This document shows, piece by piece, positions 9,662 through 18,474 of a DNA stretch of 32,569 nt (positions are counted from its first letter, which is position 1; the number at the start of each line of letters is the position of its first letter). The stretch covers positions 1-32,569 of the forward strand of contig DATCUL010000301.1 in NCBI GenBank assembly GCA_036567405.1, in the 5' to 3' direction. Under the pieces are notes generated by a model that was not told the origin of the DNA, did no database searches, and saw only the letters and a list, made by a program, of their open reading frames with translations. The position numbers were made by a program, and so were the translations under genes. Source of the stretch: Methyloversatilis sp. GTDB taxonomy: Bacteria > Pseudomonadota > Gammaproteobacteria > Burkholderiales > Rhodocyclaceae.

Positions 9662-9829
9662 TTACTTGAGCTTCGTTTCCTTGTAGATCACGTGCTTGCG
9701 TGCCTTAGGATCGAATTTCATGATTTCCATCTTTTCCGGCTTGGTGCGCTTGTTCTTCGTGGTCGTGTAGAAATGACCGGTGCCGGCAGTGGATTCCAGC
9801 TTGATCTTGTCGCGTCCGCCCTTGGCCAT
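9662..9829 (-). CDS. rpmG: 50S ribosomal protein L33 (55 aa; below the ORF-track cutoff)
   Basis: Hand translation gives [55 protein letters not shown]; lies directly downstream of rpmB. Confidence 0.97.
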   Translation of the reverse strand: MAKGGRDKIKLESTAGTGHFYTTTKNKRTKPEKMEIMKFDPKARKHVIYKETKLK

Positions 9830-9867
9830 GACGTCTTCCCTTCCTGTCTATGCCGGCTGAGCCGGAA

Positions 9868-10104
9868 TTAAATCTTCTCGCCGCGAGCACGAATCTCGGC
9901 GAGTACGGTTTCGATACCCTTCTTGTCGATCGTACGCAGGCCCTTCGTGCTCACACGCAGGCTGACGAAACGACCTTCGGACTCCAGCCAGAACCGGCGT
10001 TGCTGGAGATTGGGCAGGAAGCGGCGCTTGGTTTTGTTGTTTGCATGGGAAACGTTGTTACCCACCATCGGCGACTTCCCGGTAACTTGGCAAACGCGGG
10101 ACAT
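9868..10104 (-). CDS. rpmB: 50S ribosomal protein L28
   Basis: [31 protein letters not shown]. Confidence 0.98.
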   Translation of the reverse strand: MSRVCQVTGKSPMVGNNVSHANNKTKRRFLPNLQQRRFWLESEGRFVSLRVSTKGLRTIDKKGIETVLAEIRARGEKI

Positions 10105-10134
10105 GTTCTGGCTCCAGAAGCGGAAAAGCTCGCG

Positions 10135-10164
10135 ATTATAGCGGACTGATCCGGATTTGTTCAA
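10135..10164 (-). promoter_or_regulatory. sigma70-type promoter of rpmBG
   Basis: Minus strand TTGAAC-18 bp-TATAAT, ~30 nt upstream of the rpmB start. Confidence 0.65.
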
Positions 10165-10169
10165 GTTTT

Positions 10170-10847
10170 TCAGAGCAAACCCCGTTCGGCGAACGAGCAG
10201 GTCGTGCCGCCGCCGACGATCACATGATCGAGTACGCGCACATCGACCAGCGCCAGTGCCTGCTTCAGCGACTGTGTCAGGAAGTCGTCCGCGCGTGAAG
10301 GTTCGGCAAGGCCGGACGGATGGTTGTGCGCCAGAATCACTGCGGCCGCGTTGTGTGCCAGCGCGAGTTTCACGACCTCGCGCGGATAGACGCTGGTCTG
10401 TGTCAGCGTGCCGCGGAACAGCTCGACCGACTTGAGCAGACGGTTCTGGGCGTCGAGCAGCAGCACCATGAATACTTCGTGTGCCAGTCCGTCCAGCCCG
10501 AGCTTCAACCAGCTGCGCACGGCGTCCGGCGAGTTAATCGCGTCGCGCTCTCTCAATTGCTCGCCCAGCGCCCGGCGCGCGAGTTCGAAGGTCGCCTTCA
10601 GCTGCACCGATTTGGCGACGCCCATGCCCTTGACCCGGCACAACTCGTCGATCGGTGCGTTGCCGAGCCGGACCACGCTGTGGTCGAAGTGTGCGAGCAG
10701 GTCGCGCGCCAGATCGACCGCAGACTTGCCGCTCACGCCGACGCGCAGGAAGATGGCCAGCAACTCGGCCGGGGACAGCGCTTCGGCGCCATGTGCCAGC
10801 AGACGCTCGCGCGGGCGCTGATCGCTGCTCCAGTCCTTGATCGCCAT
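10170..10847 (-). CDS. radC: RadC/YicR family JAB-domain protein
   Basis: RPRERLL, helix-hairpin-helix GMGVAK, JAB motif HNHPSG..PS.AD; classical position between coaBC and rpmB. Confidence 0.95.
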   Translation of the reverse strand: MAIKDWSSDQRPRERLLAHGAEALSPAELLAIFLRVGVSGKSAVDLARDLLAHFDHSVVRLGNAPIDELCRVKGMGVAKSVQLKATFELARRALGEQLRERDAINSPDAVRSWLKLGLDGLAHEVFMVLLLDAQNRLLKSVELFRGTLTQTSVYPREVVKLALAHNAAAVILAHNHPSGLAEPSRADDFLTQSLKQALALVDVRVLDHVIVGGGTTCSFAERGLL

Positions 10848-10892
10848 CGCGTTACAATCCGTGGTCAAGTTGCTCCAGGATACTACATTGTC

Positions 10893-12095
10893 ATGAAATC
10901 GACCTCCGAGCTGTCCGGTCGTTCCATCCTGCTGGGCGTCAGTGGCGGTGTGGCGGCCTACAAGGCAGCAGAACTGGCCCGCCTGCTGGTCAAGGCGGGC
11001 GCCCGTGTGCGCGTCGTCATGACCGAAGCTGCCGGGCATTTCGTTGGCGCCGCCACCTTCCAGGCCATTACTGGCGAGCCGGTGTGGAATGACCTGTGGG
11101 ATGCGCGTATGCCGAACGGCATGACGCATATAGACCTGACGCGCGATGCGCAGCTGGTATTGATCGCACCGGCGACCGCCGACTGCATCGCCCGGCTTGC
11201 ACAGGGACGGGCGGACGACCTCCTGAGTACGCTCTGTCTGGCGCGCGATGCGTCGTGCGCGCTGATGGTGGCGCCGGCGATGAACCGTCAGATGTGGGAA
11301 CACCCGGCGACCCGGCGCAATGTTCGGCAGCTGGCCGATGATGGTGCGCAGATCGTCGGTCCAGCGGAGGGCGAACAGGCGTGCGGAGAAGTCGGGCAGG
11401 GCCGGATGGAAGAGCCGGCCGTACTGTTCGAATCGGTCCTTGCGCATTTCACTCTGAAGTCGCTGGCCGGCAGGCGTTTCCTGATCACCGCCGGCCCGAC
11501 CGCCGAGGCCATCGACCCGGTGCGGGTGATCACGAACCTGAGTTCCGGACGCATGGGCTATGCCCTGGCCAGCGAAGCGGCTCGTGCCGGCGCGCAGGTG
11601 ACGCTGGTCAGCGGGCCGACGGCGCTGGCAACGCCTGCCGGTGTCGACCGCGTCGATGTGCTCAGCGCCGGTGACATGCATGCAGCGGTGCTGCAGAACC
11701 TGGGCGCCTGCGATGTCTTCATTTCGGTGGCAGCCGTGGCTGACTACCGGCCACTTGCCGCGAGTGATCGCAAGATAAAGAAGAACGCCGACACGCTGAC
11801 ACTGGAGCTGGTACGCAATACGGACATTCTCGCCGACGTGGCCGGGCGTCCGGATGCGCCGTTCTGCGTCGGGTTCGCGGCCGAGAGTCATGACCTGGAC
11901 AGTTACGCCGAGGCCAAGCGGATCAACAAGAAGCTTCCGCTGGTGGTCGGCAATCTTGTCTCCGACGGACTTGGTGGTGACGACAACCAGGTCGTGCTGT
12001 ACGACGCCAATGGCAGTCACCCGCTGCCGCGGGCGTCCAAGCCTGCGATTGCGCGCGCGATACTCGATCACCTGTCCCGACTGCTGAAGAATTGA
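10893..12095 (+). CDS. coaBC: bifunctional phosphopantothenoylcysteine decarboxylase / phosphopantothenate-cysteine ligase
   Basis: [52 protein letters not shown]. Confidence 0.97.
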   Translation: MKSTSELSGRSILLGVSGGVAAYKAAELARLLVKAGARVRVVMTEAAGHFVGAATFQAITGEPVWNDLWDARMPNGMTHIDLTRDAQLVLIAPATADCIARLAQGRADDLLSTLCLARDASCALMVAPAMNRQMWEHPATRRNVRQLADDGAQIVGPAEGEQACGEVGQGRMEEPAVLFESVLAHFTLKSLAGRRFLITAGPTAEAIDPVRVITNLSSGRMGYALASEAARAGAQVTLVSGPTALATPAGVDRVDVLSAGDMHAAVLQNLGACDVFISVAAVADYRPLAASDRKIKKNADTLTLELVRNTDILADVAGRPDAPFCVGFAAESHDLDSYAEAKRINKKLPLVVGNLVSDGLGGDDNQVVLYDANGSHPLPRASKPAIARAILDHLSRLLKN

Positions 12096-12103
12096 CCCAA
12101 TCC

Positions 12104-12553
12104 ATGACTACGCTTGACTATCGCATCCTCGACGCGCGCCTCAATGACGCGCCGCCTGCTTACGCGACGTGCGGCTCGGCGGGGCTCGACCTGCGGGCCT
12201 GCATCGACGCCACGCTGACCCTGAAGCCGGGACAGACCGTTCTCGTGCCCAGCGGCATCGCCATCCATCTCGCCGATCCCGGTCTTGCGGCCATGGTGCT
12301 GCCGCGCTCGGGGCTCGGGCACAAGCACGGCATCGTGCTCGGCAATCTGGTGGGGCTGATCGATTCCGACTATCAGGGACAAATTTTCGTGTCGTTGTGG
12401 AACCGCGGCGATACTGAATTTGTCCTTGAACCGATGGAACGGATTGCACAGCTTGTCGTGGTTCCGGTCGTGCAGGTTGCACTGCGACGGGTGGAGGCCT
12501 TCGAAACGTCAGAGCGTGGTGAAGGTGGCTTCGGATCTACAGGAAATCGTTGA
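12104..12553 (+). CDS. dut: dUTP diphosphatase
   Basis: [36 protein letters not shown]; alternative TTG start at 12092. Confidence 0.97.
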   Translation: MTTLDYRILDARLNDAPPAYATCGSAGLDLRACIDATLTLKPGQTVLVPSGIAIHLADPGLAAMVLPRSGLGHKHGIVLGNLVGLIDSDYQGQIFVSLWNRGDTEFVLEPMERIAQLVVVPVVQVALRRVEAFETSERGEGGFGSTGNR

Positions 12554-12737
12554 TTTGAAAACAGATCACCCGCTCCCTTCTTTTCGATGAAGGGCCGCGG
12601 TAAGCTTGCAAGATCCGGGAAAGTGCCAGCCAGAAGCAGACGCTTTCTCCCGGTCCGCCACAGGTCATGTAATCCTTTTGACCGGAAAGATCGTTTTTCA
12701 ATGGCAATATCTATAAATCTATCGAGGAGAGGTGATT

Positions 12738-13121
12738 GTGATTCGTAAACATCTGGCGGCGGTTGTGCTTGCTTTGCTGGCTTCGTCCGCAATGGCCCAG
12801 GAAGCTGCACCGTACACCGTTGCCGAAGGCAACAAGGTTGACGCGAAGACCCTGAAAGGCTGGAAAACCTGGCGTCAGGCCGCGTGCGAACGCTGCCATG
12901 GTGCCAATCAGGAGGGCATGGTCGGCCCTGCATTGACCGAGTCGCTGAAGGTTCTCAGCAAGGATGACTTCACGAAGACGGTTCTCGATGGCCGCGCGGA
13001 AAAGGGCATGCCCCCGCACCCCTTCCTGAAGGGTGAAAAGATCGACGCGCTCTACAGTTTCCTGAAAGGCCGGTCGGACGGAAAGATCGCGCCGGGCAAG
13101 GTCTTCGGAATGGATGAGTGA
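12738..13121 (+). CDS. periplasmic monoheme class I cytochrome c
   Basis: GAGGAG SD before GTG (12732 or 12738); Sec signal ending AMA; CERCH heme motif; distal KGMP Met ligand. Confidence 0.92.
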   Translation: MIRKHLAAVVLALLASSAMAQEAAPYTVAEGNKVDAKTLKGWKTWRQAACERCHGANQEGMVGPALTESLKVLSKDDFTKTVLDGRAEKGMPPHPFLKGEKIDALYSFLKGRSDGKIAPGKVFGMDE

Positions 13122-13152
13122 TCTGCCGAACCTGCCGCAACAGTCGTACCAG

Positions 13153-13175
13153 GCCCGCTTCAGCGGGCTTTTTTT
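13153..13175 (+). terminator. intrinsic terminator of the cytochrome c gene
   Basis: GCCCGCT-TC-AGCGGGC followed by T7. Confidence 0.85.
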
Positions 13176-13214
13176 CGCATGCGCCCGATCTGGGTCGATG
13201 GGTGGCCGGCAAAT

Positions 13215-13241
13215 AAAAACGGCACCCTTTTGAGGTGCCGT
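13215..13241 (-). terminator. intrinsic terminator of aceB
   Basis: ACGGCACC...GGTGCCGT stem with the A run on the + strand side (U tail on the minus strand). Confidence 0.8.
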
Positions 13242-13264
13242 CCGAGAGGCTGCTGGGGGTAGGC

Positions 13265-14890
13265 TCAGTCCATGCGTTCGTAAGCCGGCAGCGTCAGAAA
13301 GTCAGCAAGTTCGGTCGCCACGCACATGTCGCCGAACAGGTTGGCGGCACGCACGTAAGTATCCTTGTAGCCGGCGCCAAGCAGCGCGCGGATCTTGTCC
13401 AGTTCCTGCGGAATCAGCGAGCGCACCATGTCAGCGGTCACCTTGCGGCCGTCATCGAGCACGCCCTTCGGGCTGCGGATCCACGACCACACCTGAGCGC
13501 GGCTGATTTCGGCCGTCGCGGCGTCCTCCATCAGGCCGTGGATGGGCACACAACCATTGCCGTCCATCCATGCGCCGAGGTAGTGGATGCCGACATTGAT
13601 GTTGGTGCGCAGGCCGGTTTCGGTGATCGGGCCTTCCGGGCGGAAATCCTGCAGGTCGGCCGCACCGTAGTTCACGTCCGGCAACTGCTTCTCAAGCTGG
13701 TTGGGCTTGTCGCCGAGAACGGCCACGAATTCCGCCATCGCCGCTTCGACCAGCCCCGGATGAGCAACCCAGCCACCGTCGTAACCATCGGTTGCGTCGC
13801 GACGCTTGTCGGCACGGATGCCGGCCATGGCCTTTTCATTGGCTTCCGGATCGTTCTTGTTCGGGATCAGGGCGCTCATGCCGCCGATGGCTGGTGCCCC
13901 GCGCTTGTGACAGGTCTTGATCAGCGACAGTGCGTAGGCGCGCATGAACGGCACCGTCATCAGGATCTTGCTGCGATCCGCGAGGCAGAAGTCGCGCTTG
14001 TTGCGGAACACCTTGATGCAGGAAAAGATGTAATCCCAGCGGCCAGCATTCAGACCGGCACTGTGTTCGCGCAATTCATAGAGGATTTCGTCCATCTCGA
14101 ATGCCGCGTGCAGCGTCTCGATCAGTACCGTCGCCTTGATCGTGCCGCGCGGTACACCGAGTGCATCCTGGATCGCGATGAATATGTCATTCCAGAGCCG
14201 CGCTTCGCGGTGGCTCTGCATCTTGGGCAGATAGAAGAAGGGGCCTGCGCCGCGGGCAATCAGTTCCTTCGCGTTGTGGAAAAAGTACAGCGTGAAGTCG
14301 AACAGACCGCCAGATACGCGCTGGCCATCGATCAGCACATGCTTTTCGTCGAGGTGCCAGCCACGGGGACGTACCTGCAGCACGGCCACTTCGTCGTTGA
14401 GCTTGTAGGTCTTGCCCCCCTGTTCGACGCTGATGGTGCGGCGGATGGCGTCACGCAGATTTATCTGACCCCGAACCTGGTTGTCCCACGACGGCGCGTT
14501 CGAATCCTCGAAATCGCTCATGTAGCTGTCCGCGCCCGCATTCAGCGCATTGATGACCATCTTGCGCTCGGTGGGACCGGTGATTTCGATGCGGCGGCGC
14601 TCCAGCGCCTTCGGCAGAGCAGCGATCTTCCAGTCACCTTCGCGGATGTGGCGTGTTTCGGGCAGGAAGTCGAGCGGCGTGCCGGCGTCGAGTTCGGCTG
14701 CGCGTGCAACGCGGGCGGCCAGCGCTTCACGGCGACGTGGCTCGAACTGCCGGTGCAAGGTCGCCAGCAGGCTCAGTGCGTCATAGGTCAGGACAGACTG
14801 ATATTCGGCACTCACCGGAGCGGTGATGGTCACGCCGTCGGGGAGGTCAAGGGAGGGATTCAGTTTTTGTGCGGATTCGGCAGTAGTCAT
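13265..14890 (-). CDS. aceB: malate synthase A
   Basis: EITGP, M.DFED, VRPRGWHL, YLPKM, GLNAGRWDY, AIGGM, GGWVAHPG, LMEDAATAEISR. Confidence 0.97.
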   Translation of the reverse strand: MTTAESAQKLNPSLDLPDGVTITAPVSAEYQSVLTYDALSLLATLHRQFEPRRREALAARVARAAELDAGTPLDFLPETRHIREGDWKIAALPKALERRRIEITGPTERKMVINALNAGADSYMSDFEDSNAPSWDNQVRGQINLRDAIRRTISVEQGGKTYKLNDEVAVLQVRPRGWHLDEKHVLIDGQRVSGGLFDFTLYFFHNAKELIARGAGPFFYLPKMQSHREARLWNDIFIAIQDALGVPRGTIKATVLIETLHAAFEMDEILYELREHSAGLNAGRWDYIFSCIKVFRNKRDFCLADRSKILMTVPFMRAYALSLIKTCHKRGAPAIGGMSALIPNKNDPEANEKAMAGIRADKRRDATDGYDGGWVAHPGLVEAAMAEFVAVLGDKPNQLEKQLPDVNYGAADLQDFRPEGPITETGLRTNINVGIHYLGAWMDGNGCVPIHGLMEDAATAEISRAQVWSWIRSPKGVLDDGRKVTADMVRSLIPQELDKIRALLGAGYKDTYVRAANLFGDMCVATELADFLTLPAYERMD

Positions 14891-15189
14891 GCGCAGGCGC
14901 TCCAACGGGCAATTCGTGAACCGGTTTGACGTGAGCGGAAATGCTACGTGCTCCGGACAGAAGGTGGCCGTCCCTCACACCCGAGCGATGACGGTGATTC
15001 CGTCATCAGGCAGGTGTGCCACCGTCGGCGGGTTGCGCATGAGTGGGCGGGAGGACCGAGATCTAACGTCCGATGCATCAGACCGGCTTGTGCCCGGCAT
15101 GAATTGCTGCATCTGCACAAATACTAGACTTTCCTAATCTAATAGTTAAGATCCGCAGAAGTACACTTATCTTTTACTAAAAGTACAAA

Positions 15190-16137
15190 ATGGATCGGTT
15201 CAAAGAGATTGAATCCTTTGTTTCTGTCGTAGCTCAGGGCAGTCTGTCGGCAGCGGCCAAACTGGAAGGCGTGCAGCCGGCCGTGATTGGTCGGCGCATG
15301 GACGCCCTGGAAGAGCGGTTGGGTGTCAAATTGATGCTGCGCACGACGCGCAAGCTCACGCTTACGCACGAAGGAAGCGCCTATCTCGAAGACTGTCAGC
15401 GCATCCTGAATGACATGGCAAGTGCCGACGCAGCGGTCGGTGCCGGTGGTGCGAGGGCGACCGGTCTGCTGCGTGTCAGCGCACCAGCCGGATTTGGCCG
15501 CAGGCACGTGGCGCCACTGGTGAAACGCTTCATGGGGCTGAATCCTGACGTGAAGATTTCGCTCGATCTGACCGACCGGATGGTCGATCTGGTAAATGAA
15601 AACGTGGACTGCGCGGTCCGGATCGGTAGCCTGCCCGATTCCAGCATGATCAGTATCAAATTGGGGGAAACGCGACGCGTGGTGGTGGCCAGTCCGGACT
15701 ATCTCGCGCGCTACGGCAAGCCCGGCCATCCGTATGATCTGCTGCAGCATCGCTGTCTCGGCCTCGGGCCCAATAGGGCTCAGGCGCGCGGATGGAGCTT
15801 CACAGCCCATGGAGAACCCATCATGCTGCGCATTACACATCTGGTTGAGTGTAATGATGGGGCTGTATTGCGGGATTGGGCGCTCAGTGGTCTCGGATTG
15901 GCGTGGAGGTCGTACTGGGAGGTGCGGGAGGATCTCGCGTCGGGTGCGCTGGTCGAGGTTCTGACGGACTTTGCTGCGCCGCCTATCGGCATTTATGCGC
16001 TGTTCCCGCAGCGGCGACACCTGCCTCTGCGCGTCAGACTGTTCGTCGACCTGCTGAAGCTTACCTACGGAGATCTGGCCTACTGGGAATCGGGAGGGCG
16101 GTTCATTCCCGAATTGCCGCAGGCGGAGGACGACTGA
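15190..16137 (+). CDS. LysR family transcriptional regulator (CrgA/DmlR-like)
   Basis: HTH GSLSAAA...LEERLGV.L..RTTR; CrgA-type effector domain (DCAVRIG, ASPDYL..YG.P); divergent from aceB. Confidence 0.95.
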   Translation: MDRFKEIESFVSVVAQGSLSAAAKLEGVQPAVIGRRMDALEERLGVKLMLRTTRKLTLTHEGSAYLEDCQRILNDMASADAAVGAGGARATGLLRVSAPAGFGRRHVAPLVKRFMGLNPDVKISLDLTDRMVDLVNENVDCAVRIGSLPDSSMISIKLGETRRVVVASPDYLARYGKPGHPYDLLQHRCLGLGPNRAQARGWSFTAHGEPIMLRITHLVECNDGAVLRDWALSGLGLAWRSYWEVREDLASGALVEVLTDFAAPPIGIYALFPQRRHLPLRVRLFVDLLKLTYGDLAYWESGGRFIPELPQAEDD

Positions 16138-16152
16138 CCATCGTCCGACAAT

Positions 16153-16188
16153 AAAAAAGCCACCCGGCGTCCGCCGGGTGGCTTTTTT
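16153..16188. terminator. bidirectional terminator between the LysR gene and aceA
   Basis: AAAAAAGCCACCCGGCG-TC-CGCCGGGTGGCTTTTTT. Confidence 0.92.
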
Positions 16189-16216
16189 GCGCCCGCTTGC
16201 GCGGGACGAGCGGTTC

Positions 16217-17515
16217 TTAGTGGAACTGCTCTTCTTCGGTCGAACCGGTCAGCGCGGTCACCGACGAATTGCCACCCTGAATGGTGGTGGTCACATCATC
16301 GAAGTAACCGGTACCGACTTCCTGCTGGTGCGACACGAAGGTGTAGCCGCGGTCGCGGGCAGCGAATTCCGGCTCCTGAACCTTCTCGACATAAGCCGAC
16401 ATGCCGCGGGCAACGTAGTCCTGTGCCAGATCGAACATGTGGTACCACATGTTGTGGATGCCGGCGAGCGTGATGAACTGGTACTTGTAGCCCATGGCAC
16501 CCAGTTCGCGCTGGAACTTGGCGATGGTTGCGTCGTCCAGGTTCTTCTTCCAGTTGAACGACGGCGAGCAGTTGTAGGCCAGCAGCTTGCCCGGGAACTT
16601 GGCGTGGATCGCATCGGCAAAAGCCTTGGCGAAAGCCAGATCAGGCGTGCCGGTCTCGCACCAGATCAGGTCAGCATACGGTGCGTAGGCCAGACCACGC
16701 GAAATGGCCTGTTCCAGACCCTTCTTGGTCTTGTAGAAGCCTTCGTTGGTACGTTCGCCGGTAACGAAGGGCTTGTCGTTGTCGTCGCAATCGCTGGTCA
16801 GCAGGTCAGCTGCTTCGGCGTCGGTACGGGCCAGGATCAGGGTCGGCACGCCGCAAACGTCGGCAGCCAGGCGGGCTGCAATCAGCTTCTGCACAGCATC
16901 TTGCGTCGGAACCAGCACCTTGCCACCCATGTGGCCACACTTCTTGACCGATGCGAGCTGGTCTTCGAAATGCACGCCCGCTGCGCCTGCGCGGATCATG
17001 GCCTTCATCAGCTCGTGGGCGTTCAGCACGCCGCCAAAACCGGCTTCTGCGTCGGCCACGATTGGGGCGAAGTAATCGATGTAGCCCTTGTCGCCTGCGT
17101 GCACGCCCTTGGCATGCTGGATTTCGTCGGCGCGCTTGAAGCTGTTGTTGATGCGGGTCACGACCGTCGGGACCGAGTCAACCGGATACAGCGACTGGTC
17201 GGGATACATGGCTTCGTACGAATTGTTGTCGGCTGCGACTTGCCAGCCCGACAGGTAGATTGCCTTCACGCCGGCCTTCACCTGCTGCATGGCCTGACCA
17301 CCGGTCAGCGCGCCCAGGCAGTTGATGAAAGGCTCGTTGTGGACCAGGTTCCACAGCTTTTCGGCGCCACGACGGGCCAGCGTGTATTCAACCGGGAACG
17401 AGCCGCGCAGACGATAGACGTCGGCGGCGGTGTAGCCACGCTTGATGCCTTTCCAGCGGGGATTCTCATCCCAATCCTTCTGAATCTTGGCGATTTCCTG
17501 ATCTTTCGTGCTCAT
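16217..17515 (-). CDS. aceA: isocitrate lyase
   Basis: [25 protein letters not shown] catalytic motif, [16 protein letters not shown]. Confidence 0.98.
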   Translation of the reverse strand: MSTKDQEIAKIQKDWDENPRWKGIKRGYTAADVYRLRGSFPVEYTLARRGAEKLWNLVHNEPFINCLGALTGGQAMQQVKAGVKAIYLSGWQVAADNNSYEAMYPDQSLYPVDSVPTVVTRINNSFKRADEIQHAKGVHAGDKGYIDYFAPIVADAEAGFGGVLNAHELMKAMIRAGAAGVHFEDQLASVKKCGHMGGKVLVPTQDAVQKLIAARLAADVCGVPTLILARTDAEAADLLTSDCDDNDKPFVTGERTNEGFYKTKKGLEQAISRGLAYAPYADLIWCETGTPDLAFAKAFADAIHAKFPGKLLAYNCSPSFNWKKNLDDATIAKFQRELGAMGYKYQFITLAGIHNMWYHMFDLAQDYVARGMSAYVEKVQEPEFAARDRGYTFVSHQQEVGTGYFDDVTTTIQGGNSSVTALTGSTEEEQFH

Positions 17516-17761
17516 TGCTTATCCTCGAAGAAAAAAACAAACCTGATCGGCGGCCTCTGGTTTCTGCACGCCCTGATATTCATTGCAGCTTGACACCCGG
17601 GTCCGACGTCGTTGTCCGGACACATCCTCTCGGCCGACTTTGACTGATGTGGGCCGACGCACGAAACCCGCGTGGCCTGCAGTCGCGTGTGGCGGCGTGC
17701 AAACCGGGCGCCCGGGAAGCCGACTGTCGCATGAGATCAGCAAGCTATCGTGACGGAGCCA

Positions 17762-17790
17762 AGTATAAATAGGCTTGGGCAAAGCAACAA
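17762..17790 (-). promoter_or_regulatory. candidate sigma70 promoter of aceA
   Basis: Minus strand TTGTTG-17 bp-TATACT at the edge of an AT-rich tract. Confidence 0.45.
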
Positions 17791-17793
17791 GGG

Positions 17794-17813
17794 GTCTTCT
17801 ATAAGATATAAGA
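17794..17813. promoter_or_regulatory. candidate GntR/HutC-family (SdhR-like) operator
   Basis: GTCTTCTATAAGATATAAGA resembles the TCTTATGTCTTATATAAGACATAAGA box I recall for betaproteobacterial TCA/glyoxylate genes. Confidence 0.55.
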
Positions 17814-17830
17814 AATTGTGTTCTATTAAT

Positions 17831-17843
17831 AATCAATGACTTG
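17831..17843 (+). promoter_or_regulatory. candidate IHF binding site
   Basis: AATCAATGACTTG is an exact match to WATCAANNNNTTR in an AT-rich context. Confidence 0.55.
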
Positions 17844-17911
17844 TGTTTATTTTGTCTTTGGAACGGAGAAAATATGCACAGATATGAAGAAAAAGTTGTG
17901 CGCTGCGCAAG

Positions 17912-18391
17912 TCAGGGGAGCGCACGGGCGCAGACGATGACCCCGTCGCTGTCCGCATAGAGGTAGTGTCCGGGTACAAAGTCGATGCCTCCGAACGTCA
18001 CGACGACATCAGCCTGTCCTTCGTTGCGTTTCACTGTCTTCAGCGGGTGGGTTCCGAGCGCAAATACGCCCAGGTTCATCTGCCCGATGGCGGCGGAGTC
18101 GCGGATGCAGCCATATACGACTATGCCGGCCCAGTCGTTGTTTGCCGCAAGCAGGGCTATCTGGTCGCCCACCAGCGCGCGGCGCATCGATCCGCCCCCA
18201 TCAACAACGAGTACCCGACCGTTGCCGGGTTGCTCCAGCGCTTTGCGCACGAGTCCGTTGTCCTCGAATAGCTTGAGTGTCGTTATCGGCCCGCCGAATG
18301 AGGCTTTGCCACCGTAGCTGCGGAACATCGGTGCGCATATGTGCAACTCGGATTCGAACTGGTCGCACAGGTCTGCAGTATGGATATCCAT
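17912..18391 (-). CDS. rraA: RraA family protein (RNase E regulator / HMG-aldolase-like)
   Basis: TADLCD, SYGG..SFGG, FEDN, GRVLVVDGGGS, A..GD, GCIRD, YADSDG. Confidence 0.92.
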   Translation of the reverse strand: MDIHTADLCDQFESELHICAPMFRSYGGKASFGGPITTLKLFEDNGLVRKALEQPGNGRVLVVDGGGSMRRALVGDQIALLAANNDWAGIVVYGCIRDSAAIGQMNLGVFALGTHPLKTVKRNEGQADVVVTFGGIDFVPGHYLYADSDGVIVCARALP

Positions 18392-18427
18392 ATCGTTTTC
18401 CTTATCGTCTGATCAAGAAATTCGGAC

Positions 18428-18458
18428 AAAAAAAGAGGCGGCCCCGAAGGGCCGCCTC
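18428..18458 (-). terminator. intrinsic terminator of clpA
   Basis: A7-GAGGCGGCCC-CGAA-GGGCCGCCTC. Confidence 0.85.
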
Positions 18459-18474
18459 GATGGTGTGGTTCCGG

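Noticed and set aside
10170-10847. RadC/JAB gene as a marker of a mobile element or CBASS-type defence system
   Set aside because: It is the full-length chromosomal type in the canonical dut-coaBC-radC-rpmBG context.
10170-12071. 633-aa ORF suggesting a long N-terminally extended RadC
   Set aside because: The extension is the antisense shadow of coaBC. RadC homology starts at MAIKDW (10847).
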